A DNA stretch of 64,000 nucleotides, taken from the NCBI GenBank assembly GCA_951406725.2, contig OX597839.1:30380001-30444000 (forward strand), in the 5' to 3' direction. This stretch comes from Octopus vulgaris. Taxonomy: Eukaryota. A program made the translations under genes and the position numbers. Shown here piece by piece: positions 39,810 to 51,663 of the stretch; within the stretch, counting starts at the first letter, position 1, and each line of letters starts with the position of its first letter. A model generated the notes under the pieces. It saw only the letters and a program-made list of their open reading frames with translations, searched no databases and had not been told where the DNA came from.

Positions 39810-40426
39810 TATAGATAGATAGATAGATATACATACATACATGTGTGTGTGTGCGTGTGTGTAGGGATGGGTTAATGTTTGTTTATATAGCAATTTATAT
39901 TTTAATATTTCACTTAGGCCTAGTGATACTAATAACCTGATGTTAGAACTCAAGATTCTTATGCTTCAAAATAAAGCATTAGCTGAGTGTAGAGCACTGG
40001 AAAAGAATTAAGTAAATGACAAAGGAATAGGAAATTATGTCATGAAGAACATCATTAGCTTGTGGCTGTTTCTGCTGTGAGACAATGCAGCATTCCCAGT
40101 TGTGTGCTTGTGTATCACTGTAGAGCTTCAGAAATGAAGTGCAGTTTTATTTGGGAAAGCACATATATGGAAAGCATTAAAAAAAAAATTGTAATGTCTA
40201 GGAAATAAAGTATAGAGATTGAAAGGTAAAAATCCCTTCCAAACAAAAATAAGACTCAGATGAATTTTGTGTATATATGTGTATAGAGACTGGTATATGA
40301 TGAACCATGAAGACAGCTACTTAGAAGCATACATAAAATATAGACAGAATATGTTGCGAATGGAGACAGATAGAAAGTGACAGAATCCAAAATCTAGAGA
40401 GAGAATCAAGGTAACTTAGAGGATCA

Positions 40427-41560
40427 CTAGACGTACTCGCCATGACCCAGCGGGTCACAACCACTCCAAGTCGTAAAGGTTGATGTACAGCAGGAAAAGA
40501 AAATAAGACTATTTTGAATTTCATACAATAAAATTCTTAAAAAATACAGATCTCCTGCCTTTGGTGTGACAACATAAACACAACCAAGTGTTACTTCTTT
40601 GGTTCAAATGGCCTTCAACTTTTTTCCCTCACTTTCTTCTTTGCTGTTCTTTGTTCCTACCAAATGAAATACCTGGGTACTCATGCATAAAGTATTGTTT
40701 TTGCACAATCATCATTGGTGCACAATGAAAAGAATTCTGTCAATGTTGATCTCATATGTCATTCAGTGACAGCCATATATATTATATCCTCATAGTTTCT
40801 GAACAATATCCTTTGTTCACCTGGGAGATGAACTTGCAGCCTCACTATTGCAGGTGGTGACCACCAAACAGAAAATCCTAAAATGAATGCAACTGCTTTG
40901 AATGGTCCAATTTAGGAGCACTCCGTCGGTTACGACGATGAGGGTCCCAGCTGATACGATCAACGGAACAGCTTGCTCGTGGAATTAACATGCAAGTGGC
41001 TGAGCATTCCACAGACACGTGTACCCTTAACGTAGTTCTCGAGGAGATTCAGCGTGACACAGAGTGTGACAAAGCTGGCCCTTTGAAATACAGGTACAAC
41101 AGAAACAGGAAGAAAGAGTGAGAGAAAGTTGTGGTGAAAGAGTACAGCAGGGTTCACCACCACCCCCTGCAGGAGCCTTGTGAAGCTTTAGGGTGTTTTC
41201 GCTCAATAAACACTCACAATGCCCGGTCTGGGAATCGAAACCGCAATCCTACGACCACGAGTCCGCTGCCCTAACCACTGGGCCATTGCGCCTCCACGAA
41301 TGGTCCAATAAACCTACAAATTAGACATTGATTAATTTCGTTATCACAGCAGCTTAGTCGTTTCCTTTCATTTTATACTTGATGACATACTTAACTGACT
41401 TCATTGAGGCAACGATTTCCACAACATTGCAGTGGCATCATAGGGTACAACCCATATGTTGTTGTTGTTTATTTTTCCACTCTTATGAGATTCGACTCCT
41501 CCCATTGCAAAAGCGATAGTCTCCACTTGTTTTTCTGCCTTTTGATTAAGATGATAAAGA
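40427..41560 (-). mobile_element. Internally deleted Helitron retaining Rep motif III and the Rep-helicase linker
   Basis: A|TCTTTATC 5' end; NIWVVPY, SVKYVIKYKMKGND, IVRLQVHLPGEQ, TLGCVYVVTPKAGDLYFLRILL; hairpin tgacccagcgggtca (40443-40457) 12 nt before CTAG|T. Confidence 0.88.
40912..41297 (-). mobile_element. Full-length tRNA-derived SINE, family C, inserted in the Helitron
   Basis: A box TGGCCCAGTGG, B box GGTTTCGATTCC; 12-bp TSD gaatggtccaat (40900-40911, 41298-41309). Confidence 0.92.
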
Positions 41561-41628
41561 TTAATATTTTATGGAGATGTACTTGCATAGCAAGTAACCT
41601 GATCTGAGATCATATGCTGAAACAAGAA

Positions 41629-41924
41629 CAATTGCAGCATGAAAGGTGTTTATAAGCCATTTAAAAACCCACAAAAACCGTTAGATTCACTTCAACATTT
41701 AAATTTAATTTGTCGAAATATTTTTGTTGCTTTGAAACCGCAACCTGTTCACTGACAAAATTCTGTGCTGCATCAAAATTTTGCAGCATGGAATTTGGTC
41801 AGTGAACAGGTTGCGGTTTCAAAGCGACGAAAATATTTCGACAAATTAAATTTAAATGTTGAAGTGAATCTAACGGTTTTTGTGGGTTTTAAATGGCTTA
41901 TAAACATCTTCCATGCTGCAGTTG
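41629..41924. repeat. Long inverted repeat: two opposed copies of a dispersed repeat with a 9-nt spacer
   Basis: Arms 41629-41772 and 41782-41924 are near-exact reverse complements; a third copy at 48468-48660 and a fragment at about 36205-36255. Confidence 0.92.
41792..41847 (+). ncRNA. Putative minimal type I hammerhead ribozyme, G3:C8 core variant
   Basis: aatttggtca-GTGAACA-g-gttgc(ggtttcaaa)gcgac-GAAA-atat-TT-cgacaaatt; folded by eye. Confidence 0.5.
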
Positions 41925-44900
41925 GTCAATATTTTATTTTAAATAAAATAGTCATTTTCCCCTTTGAGAAAAAAAAAAAAAAACAAGTACCCATGATTCA
42001 TAAATTTCATAAAAATATAGGGAGAATTTCTGTCTTTCAATGGACAGCAGTGGATGACGGGACTCATTGAAGTGTTGACATTTTCAAGTTGATTTTTTTT
42101 TTCTTGAAGGAGGAAACAACTATTTTATTTGTAATCTTTATCGTCTTAATTAAATGACAGACAGACAGACAGATAAAACTGACTGACTTAAGGATTCTAA
42201 CCTGTTTGATAAATGAACAGCTGAAAAACAAAGGTGGGGGAGGAGTCATATTACAGATAACGTGTGTGTGTGTGTGTGTGTGTGTACAGAGAGAAAGGGA
42301 CAAATAAACACTGATATATATTTATGGACAGACATATAAGAAGACATTTAATTTTTACTAAAAACAATTGAGCATTAAAGTGAAGAATTAGTCAATCCTT
42401 TTTGTAGAGGGCATATCTATGAATTATGCTTTTAGGAGAAGATGGGTAACGGGGACCTTGAAGTGTCAGACTGCTAACCTTTTTCAGTCCCACTGTGTGG
42501 TACCCTGGGTATGTGTCGTCTATTGTACTCCCTAGCTGACCAAAACCCTGAGTGTAGAGTTGGTAGATGGAAACTGAAAGAAGCCCATATGTATATATAA
42601 ATATACATATACACACACATACACACACATATATATACACAAATATACACACACACAAATTTATTTATGTATGTGTATTTGTGTCTCTTTGTCTATCTAA
42701 TATTCAGCAAGAACATGTCTGGCCATGGGGAAATGTTCCATTCATTGTAAGCAGGTGAGGGAGGGTTGGCAACAGGAAGGGCATCCAGCCTACGAAAACC
42801 TGTCTCAGTAACCTTCTGTCTGACTCATGCAAGTTTGGAAAAGTGGGCATTAAACTGATGATGATGATGATGATACATATAGATCTGTTTGTGTCTCTCT
42901 GTAACTGCATAACAACCTGTGTTGGTTTATATACATCCCTGTAACTGGGTTCAATTCCTAGACCAGGCAGTGTATTGTGTTCTGGGGCAACACACTTCAT
43001 TTCATGTTGCTTCAGTCCACTCAGCTGGCAAAAATGAGTAATCCTGCAACAGACTAGCATCCTATCCAAGGGGAATATACATGCCACAGAAACCAGGAAA
43101 CCAGCCAAATGAGTCTATATTACTCAAGAAGGATCTTTATCTTGTATCCTAAATAGGTCTGAGGTGTATCAGAGGATATACTGCAAACAGGTGAAAACAA
43201 AATTGCATTGATGATGAGACACCTAAGAGAGACGAGCATCATCAAGACAAATGAGAAACACTTTGATCATAAAGGACCCCAAACTCCCTAATATTGGTGC
43301 AATGAAACCTCTGCCAGTTTGGGTATAACCAAGTAGAAACTTGATTGCTAGCACAAATTTCCTATTCACAGTTGACTGGTTGCCTCAAAAATCAGAACTG
43401 AGCTCAACATGGATAAAAAGATGCAACATGAGGAAAATGGACATTTTGCTAATCTGCAAAGAGAGGATAGAAATCAATGGAGAAAAAAAGAAAGAATCCA
43501 ATCACTTTCTGCTGTCATGGTGAATCCTGACATTTCATATAAACAATGGCAACCAATGATGGATGGATGGATGGCATAGCCTACAGTGTGCTTGTGTAGG
43601 TCCAAAAATAGCCTGAAGACATTCCAGGGTGAAATTTTAAAAAAAAACCAAAAAACAAATACTGACCTGTTCTTCTTTGGACTATTTTTCCTAGCTTTAA
43701 AGATTTCCAAAGCTGGAAGTAAACGAAATCAAATTTTCTATTAATAACATGGACGTCATATATACACACATATATACACATATATACACACATACAAAAC
43801 TTGAGAGAAAAAGAAAACTACTTCTTCTACTGCAGTTGCTAATAACAACAACAATTCTGGTATTTATTTTGAAAATTTAGTCTACCCCAAAGGAATTTGA
43901 ACCTGGAATGACATCATTACTTTTACATGTGCTTTTCATGGTGGCATGGGTTGGAGAGGTTGTTACCGTGTGAGCCGCTTCTTCCTGGCAGCTGCTCTTC
44001 AACAGAATCATGCTTTGTTTCTGCAGCTGGATGTCCTTGCTACGGCAACCCCATGCCACAGGGTGTGTTTGTGTGCGACACCAGGAAGATTGTCTCCACC
44101 AGGAAGAATGTCTCGGTAATCAATCAGTGTCAAAGGAATGTGGCTTATTGGCTTTCATGGAGACACCAGCAGGGGAGGGGGGGTGCCTTGTGTTATACAT
44201 AGGAAAGTACAGAGTATTCAGGGAGTTAAGAAAGGGGTGGAAAATGGAGGTGGGGAGAGAGTGATGCAAGTAGCAAAGACAGAAGGAGGGGGAGAAATAG
44301 GGGACAGAGAACAAGTGTGTAAATCCTGGAAGTAGCGAATAATTTAAGGCATGTACATTTGTTCAGGTGACCAAGGAAGAAGGATATGAGAAGAGAGAGA
44401 GTGATTAGATGAGAAGAACCAGGATGGCAAGGAGGAAGAAAGGGGCAGCAGTATGATGTAAGCAGATGGTTTGGGGTGGAGTTGAGGGGTGAGAGTGAAG
44501 GTGGGTAACAGCAGAGGTGGCCGCAAGGGTGGAGAGAGCAGTGGAAGGCAAAGAAGGTACACTAATGATAAGAAATTAGGCTCCAATATAAAAAGCAGAA
44601 AAGTGAAGTTGGAATGTGTTGTGGGTGAAAGTTGTGCTTTCACAGCAACCTCACTTTGGTCACATCCCAATAATCTTATTGTTGCCAATAGAATTGAGAA
44701 AAGTCTAAGAAGCATAAATATCATAGGAATATTTTTATGATGTATATCTGGAATAAACAGACCAACCTGTATTTCTATATCTTCACACCTGACTCACTGA
44801 TAATACAAAATGAATTAGAATTATAACTGAGAGACAAATGCGACGGATCAATGTTTTACACGTGCAGAAGTTGCGTCCTTATAAATAAATGAAAGCAACA

Positions 44901-45225
44901 ACTTATTGCGAGCGGAGCATTGGTTTTCAAACACAATTGAATTCTGCTTCAGCTGTTGTGTCTGTTTGCATGTGTGAGGTCAACAAGAGACTTGTTTACA
45001 ACACTGATATGCAGACACACTGCAGAGTGAAGCGACCGACTTATCCTATATACTCAATCATTTGTAGATGGGTGTGTCTGTCTGTCTGCCTGCCTGTCGG
45101 TCTAGAGCAGTGCATACAATGTTTGATGCATCCATGTTGGGGAAATAAGAACCTGTGACCTGTCTAGGAGTATCAATGCTACCCTGGAAGACACAAATAC
45201 TGCTGCATTATCAAGACTATCTATG

Positions 45226-45260
<35 letters not shown>

Positions 45261-45261
<1 letters not shown>

Positions 45262-46498
45262 GGAGTGGCTGTGTGGGAAGAAGCTTGCTTCCCAGCCACA
45301 TGGTTCCAGGTTCAGTCTCACTGCATGGCACCTTGGGAAAGTGTCTTCTACTACAGCCTCAGGCCAACCAAAGCCTTGTGAGTGGATTTAGTAGATGGAA
45401 ACTGCAAGAAGCCCATCGTATGTGTGTGTGTGTGTGTGTGTACATATATATGTGTGTGTCCCACTGAGGACATGCGTAAGCTCGCAAGGAATGAAGCCAG
45501 TATGTTCCGATGGATGTATAATGTCAGTGTGCATACTCGACAGAGTGTAAGTACCCTGAGAGAAAAGCTGGACCTAAGAAGCATCAGATTTGGTGTGCAA
45601 GAGAGACGACTGCACTGGTATGGTCATGTGGCAAGAATGGATGAGGACAGCTGTGTGAAAAAGTGCCACACCATAGCGGTTAAGGGAACCTGTGGAAGAG
45701 GTAGACCCAGGAAAACCTGGGATGAAGTGGTGAAGCACGACCTTCGAACTTTAGGCAGCACCAAGGAAATGACTAGTGACCGAGACCTTTGGAAATATGC
45801 CGTGCGTGAGAAGACCCGGCAAGCCAAATGAACCCATAATCTCATGGCCTATGCCAGGAGCGTAACCAGCCCACTTATGCGTAACCTTTTCCTTCTTTGG
45901 ACACTGAAACTCTGCTTGTGAAGACCTGTTGAAGCAAGTGAAATTAAATCAATCAAAATCAAATTCGATGACTGGCGTCCGTTGGCAGGATGCAAAGAGC
46001 ACCATACAAGAGTGATCATTGACAGAGCGGCTAACCGGCTTCCGTACCAGTGGCACTTAAAGGGCACCATTGGAGCGTGATCGTTACCAAAGTCGCCTTA
46101 CTGGCACCTGTGCTGGTGGCATGTGTAAAAGTATTCGAGCAAGATCGTTGCCAGTACCGCCTGACTGGCCCCCGTGCCGGTGGCACGTAAAAAGCACCCA
46201 CTACACTCTCGGAGTGGTTGGCGTTAGGAAGGGCATCCAGCTGTAGAAACTCTGCCAGATCAAGATTGGAGCCTGGTGCAACCATCTAGTTCGCCAGCCC
46301 TCAGTCAAAATCGTCCAACCCATGCTAGCATGGAAAGCGGACGTTAAACGATGATGATGTATGTATGTATGTATGTATTTGTCTGTGTTTCTTCCCTACC
46401 CTTGCTTGACAATCGATGTTGGTGTTTTTACACCCCCATAACTTAGTGGTTTGGCAAAATAGACCGATAGAATAAGTACTGGGTTTACAAAGAATAAG
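45261..46498 (+). mobile_element. SINE family B split by an RTE insertion
   Basis: Head 45261-45420, (TG)n, RTE fragment, then the family B body resumes at about 46370. Confidence 0.8.
45463..46359 (+). mobile_element. 5'-truncated RTE-clade LINE: intact ORF C-terminus plus 3'UTR and (GAT)n tail
   Basis: About 120 stop-free codons including RRLHWYGHVARMDED...GRGRPRKTWDEVVKHDL...DRDLWK (stop 45829-45831), typical of RTE C-termini. Confidence 0.9.
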
Positions 46499-47209
46499 CT
46501 ACGAGATAAAAGTGTGATTAATTCAAAACAATGTGGATAAACAAGGATTATATTCGACAGAGTAATCTGAAGGCTAAACAGTTAATTTAAGGAAAGATTT
46601 AATTCTCTGCTTTCACCTCAATCTTTAGAACCACTTCCATTCCTCGTCATCATCTTCCAGCCACGGTCTCTCCCCCATCACTCCCAATGACCCCTCACAT
46701 ACCTACTTCCAATTGGTACTTACTAGACAGAAGAAATTCCTTTAACCCTGGGTCCAGCTGACAATCCCTGCCTCAACACAAGCCATCATTTTTGTTGCAT
46801 GACATAATTCCAACAGCAATTCCTGCTAAATGCAAGGAACCTGATTGTCACAACAGCTCGCAAGCAGACATTCCAATTCCAAACACTTTCTCACAACCAT
46901 TCAATTTTATTAGTAGACATATTGGAATCGGTTGTGATTCAACATTCACCTTTTGTTGACAGCCATACAAATAATAAGCCATTGTTATATCAAACAACGA
47001 ATCCTTTGTTTGCAACACTGCTGACTCCTGTATCTAGCCCCTCCCCTCGTTTAACTGGCAACATGCAACTTTATGAGGCACCCTTCACAGATACAACACT
47101 ACCAGCAGCAACAGCATTAAAGAACAAACAAGTTGTTGACGTTTGTTGTTCTTCAGTGCTCCCACTCCTTCCAGTTCTGATCAAGTAGAATTGATCAAAA
47201 GCGTTCTTG

Positions 47210-47720
47210 GTATTATAACAAGAAGTTTCACAGTGTAATGTTTGTTATGCTACACCTACGAACGAATTAAGTAGGGCATTTAAGAAAAATCCTGCACACA
47301 ACTGGCCTCAAAATAAAACTTGTAGAAAAGACAGGCAGGACTATCAAATCTGTATGAAATAAGTCACACCCATTTGATAAAATCACATGTTGGAATAATT
47401 GTGCAGCATGTTTTACAAAGCCACATGCAAACTGCAAAAACAGATTAAGTGCCAAGAAGGGAACGCACGATTATCCCAGAGTTATGATTTGGTGAAACTT
47501 CTAGGAGCATCAATGATAGGCTCAAAGAACACCTGGACAACTACATTGAAAAAAAAAACCCCAACTCCATCTTCTATCAGCATGCTGTAGACTGCCACAA
47601 TGGCTCCTTAGAGAGACTTAGGTTAGACATCTTATCTACACATCCTGCTGATGCAATGCTGAGACAAATCACCAAAGCTGCTTGTATACAGGAATACAAA
47701 CACACCCTCAATGGGGTAAC
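47210..47720 (+). pseudogene. Penelope-like element relic: RT C-terminus, Cys linker and GIY-YIG endonuclease
   Basis: VMFV.ATPTNEL, GLKIKLVEKTGRTIKS, CxNNCAAC, FYKATCKL...SY.GETSRSINDRLKEH, SIFYQHAVDCH, MLRQITKAACIQEYKHTLNG, with frameshifts. Confidence 0.8.
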
Positions 47721-48477
47721 ACCCAGATTCCACTGGGGAGTCTCCATATATAATCACCCCTTTCCTTCATTTACATGTAGAAATCAATACATACATGTTG
47801 AGATGCATGGTACTGAAATACATAAATGTAGTTATATATGATTGTATGAGTGTGCATAGATTAATATGTATGTATGTGTAGATGTGTATTTTAGCATGTG
47901 TGTGTATGTTGTGTGAGTGTGTGTACATGCATGCACGTATGAGTATGTGTGTATATATGTATGTATATATGCACGTATATATGTATGTCTATGTAAAATA
48001 CATGGGAAAAAAGTTTCTGAATTTTAACCATTGTCTGCAAAAATAGTGACATATATAAGTGTATACCATGGGTTCCCAAACTTTTATCATAGTGGGCCAG
48101 ATATAGCTAAAAGAATGCCAAGGGTGGGCCGGATAAATATTTTGTTCAATTAAGTACAACATAGAATACACAGAATGAACACAAACGATAAAGACAGTCA
48201 ACCTATTTATTTAGCAATACATAAAATACGCAAAATAATAAACAGTCATGTATACAACTTGAACAGACACACATATCAGTACATAAACATATGTTCACAT
48301 GTACATACACATATATACACATGCTGACATGTCTACATACTTACATACCTAAATACTCACATATGTACATAGACATATATGTACATACATACAACATACA
48401 TAGATGTGCAAGCATGTATATGCATGTACATAGATATATATCATGAAGTAACTGTTACTTTCTCAGATGCAGCATGG

Positions 48478-48533
48478 AATTTGGTCAGTGAACAGGTCAC
48501 GGTTTCAAAGCGACGAAAATATTTTGACAAATT
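48478..48533 (+). ncRNA. Putative minimal hammerhead ribozyme, G3:C8 variant (within repeat 48468-48660)
   Basis: aatttggtca-GTGAACA-g-gtcac(ggtttcaaa)gcgac-GAAA-atat-TT-tgacaaatt; folded by eye. Confidence 0.5.
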
Positions 48534-50199
48534 AAATTTAAATGTTGAAATGAATCTAACATTTTTGGTGTTTTTAAATGGCTTATAAACACCTTCCACG
48601 CTACAATTGTTTTTGTTTCAGCACATGGTCTCAGATCAAATGTAAGTACATCTCTGTAAATCTTTATATTTTTTTCTGGCTATATGTATCTAGGAATACA
48701 TTATTCACAACATCCTTTCTTTTTTTTATCATTGTTTTGTAATTTGGCTGCAATTTCCAGCAACTTCAGTTACCATGTATATTATTATGCTCTGTTGGAA
48801 TGGTTCTTCGCTTAGCAATAAATATTTCTGTTAATGTCGGGTCTGGGAATGAATTTCATGGTTCAAGGATCTTAAAGACAAAACTCATTCAATCAGAAAA
48901 CCAAAAGAGAAATTGCATACAACTGGAAATTAATTATTCCAACAGAATGAAATCATGTGATATGGGACACCCATGACAAACAATTCTTGCTAGCTACAAT
49001 CTACATGTGTGCTTTTATGCACCAAGTGCCTATATGAAAGGATCTCTCAAGGCTAATAATGAAGTATTTGATGTTCTAACAAGACATCCACATTGAGTTG
49101 GATACAAAGATTGCCATTTGGTACTAATACTGCTTCTGTTGCTAAGAATTAATTTTTAATAAGACTTCTGGCTATTCGCAATATCAGTGTCTGAAAAGAT
49201 GCTGATGCAGTAGCTGGATGCCTCCCACTGATGATTTCCAGTAGAATGAAATCACTTTTTATGGGAATTCCAGTGTCCATGGCAGCCTGTTCTCATCTGC
49301 TATGATCTATGTGTCTGCTTTCACCAAACACCAATGAGAGAAGATCTCTCGAGGCTAATGATGCAGTATTCAGAGTTCTAACATCAATATTAAGTTGGAG
49401 ATTAAAGATTAACTAGAATGTTGTTGTTGTTGTCACTGTTGTTTAAAATAAGGAAAGAATAAACAAGAAGAATCCAAGAAAGATTTTGAGCAATTGAAGA
49501 AGCTCAATTTTTTTTAGGTGTTTTTATATTTTTTTTAAGATATCGCATTTTTAAAAATAATTTTGTATATATTTTTTCATTCATTGAAAATATTATTTAC
49601 ATATTTTTATATTTTTGGTTTATTTATTATTCAAAATTTCATTTAATGCTGAACAAATAAATAGATTAACAAAATAAAACAATTAAAAGATATTTAAGAA
49701 AGAAAAAAAGAGCTTTCAGGTGCAATTTCCCTTGTTTCCTGTTTATATTTTTTTCCATTTTGTTTAAAAAATTAAATTGATAAGAAATCACAGAGCAGGG
49801 AACTTTTTCTGTCAGCGGTGGTTTTGCCTTCCCTTTTAGGATATTTTATTTTCTTGAAGTTAGTGAAAAGAGGGGGAACAGTGCCGACAACCTTTACATG
49901 CCTTCCCAGATTAGTTCAATAAGATGTGGCTAATGCTAAACCTAAACACTTGGAGGTCAATGTCCTAACAAGAAAAACTGAATGTAGAAAGTAAACAAAA
50001 AGGGGCCAACCCCAAAATACTTAAACCTTTCACTCATTTATTTATTTTATTGGGGTTCGTTACCATCACTATTATTTTTACACACACATTTCTTCCATGT
50101 TAGAATGAAACATTCTGAAGAAATATTCTGGGGTCAGGGGCCCTTCCTGACATTAACTTTATCTCTACTTTATTCCATGTCTTTGCTCATATGAAATAA

Positions 50200-50360
50200 A
50201 AAAAAAATTCACGGCACCCATGACTTTCAGAAACCATTTTTCACACTCAGAAATTGCTGAAACATGGAATAAACTACCTGCATCAGTTGTTGGTGATCAG
50301 GACACCACATTCTTCAAAACTTCCATTCTTCCAGAAATTCACCAACAGTACATTTGATCA
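50200..50360 (+). pseudogene. CR1/L2-type LINE ORF2 C-terminal relic
   Basis: FQKPFFT.RIAETWNKLPASVV...FFKTS matches the FFxxRVxxxWNxLPxxVV...FK motif. Confidence 0.65.
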
Positions 50361-51282
50361 GTGGCAAAAGAGAACTACGAAACTAGGGTCACCACCAGGC
50401 AAACAAAGGGCCTCTTGTTTGCTTGTCTTCCTCTTCCCCTCTTCTAGCCTTTTTCTTGTTTCAATCATTTGACAGTGGCCATGCTGGGGCATCACTTTGA
50501 AGAATTTTAGTCAAATGAATTAACTCCAGCGCTTATCTTTTTTAAAGCTTGATTGCTTTTGCCAAACTGTAAAGTTACAGGGATGTAAACACACCAACAA
50601 TTGTCAAGTGGTGGTGGGAGACAAACACTAACACACACACCACACCATTGCTATTATGTTAAACTGTTGTATGTCCAAATTTGGCCAAATGCATTTTATT
50701 TAATATTTACTTTTGCTTGCAATAGCCAATTCTTTTGGTCAAACTATCGTATCTCCAGCTGCTTCAGATGCCAAGATATGAAAATTGTCAAAGTGTAGCA
50801 CAAAGGTTTTGCTATGGAACAGTGAAACTATTTTTGCGTTTTCTAACAACGCAAAGTTTGGGACTTACGACACTTGTGCATAAAAGCAACAAGGTATATA
50901 TGATGGGCTTTAAATATATAGAAGCAGAAAAGACTATTTACCCTGGTAAGACAGAAAAATTTGTGAGAAGGTGGCTACAGGACTTGAACTCGTACCCCTC
51001 AGATACCAGCTGAGTGCTTCAACCATTAAGATAAATGCCCACCCCCCACCCCACCCCAAACAACAATTTATAAACAAACTTTGGAAGCGTTGAGTGAGAT
51101 TGGTATTTTGCAGACAAGATAAGGGCAAAAACTCAATCTTTCTCTGTTCCCTTTACAGCTTTAATGCATTCGAAATTTACTTTCTTGCTTGCAAAATACT
51201 AACAACATTTGAAGCTTCCAAAGTGTGTTTATACACACACACACACACATATATATAATTATACACACACACACATATAAAA

Positions 51283-51435
51283 CAGGCTTCTTTCAGTCCC
51301 ATCTACCGAATCCACTATTCACAAAGCCTTGGGTGGCCTAAGGCCATAGTAGAAGACACTTGCCCATGGTGCCACACAGTGGGACTGAACCTGGGACCAT
51401 GTCACTGGGAAACAAACTTCTTACCACACAGCCAC
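51283..51435 (-). mobile_element. SINE family B head
   Basis: Reverse complement of the family B head. Confidence 0.75.
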
Positions 51436-51663
51436 AATTTTTCTTTTTCTAAATTAAACACTTACTTTTCTTGTAAGCTCCCATTTATTCCATTTAATGT
51501 TTAGAGATCTCCATAATAAACAAACTATTTATGACAGATGTTTCAATTATTTTCTCGGAACCCAATTGTTCTGTGTGCTGCCAATCTGTTGGTTTAAATT
51601 CAATTTTTAGCAACAACAAAAACAATTGTACAAAATCCAAACAAACAACAAAAAACCACTTAC

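Noticed and set aside
41220-41297. tRNA gene
   Set aside because: A and B boxes are present, but this is the head of a TSD-flanked SINE
51494-51663. C-terminal 56 aa of the 535-aa ORF (CKWFFVV...)
   Set aside because: Begins exactly at a gtaagt donor and shifts to T-rich composition; intron read-through
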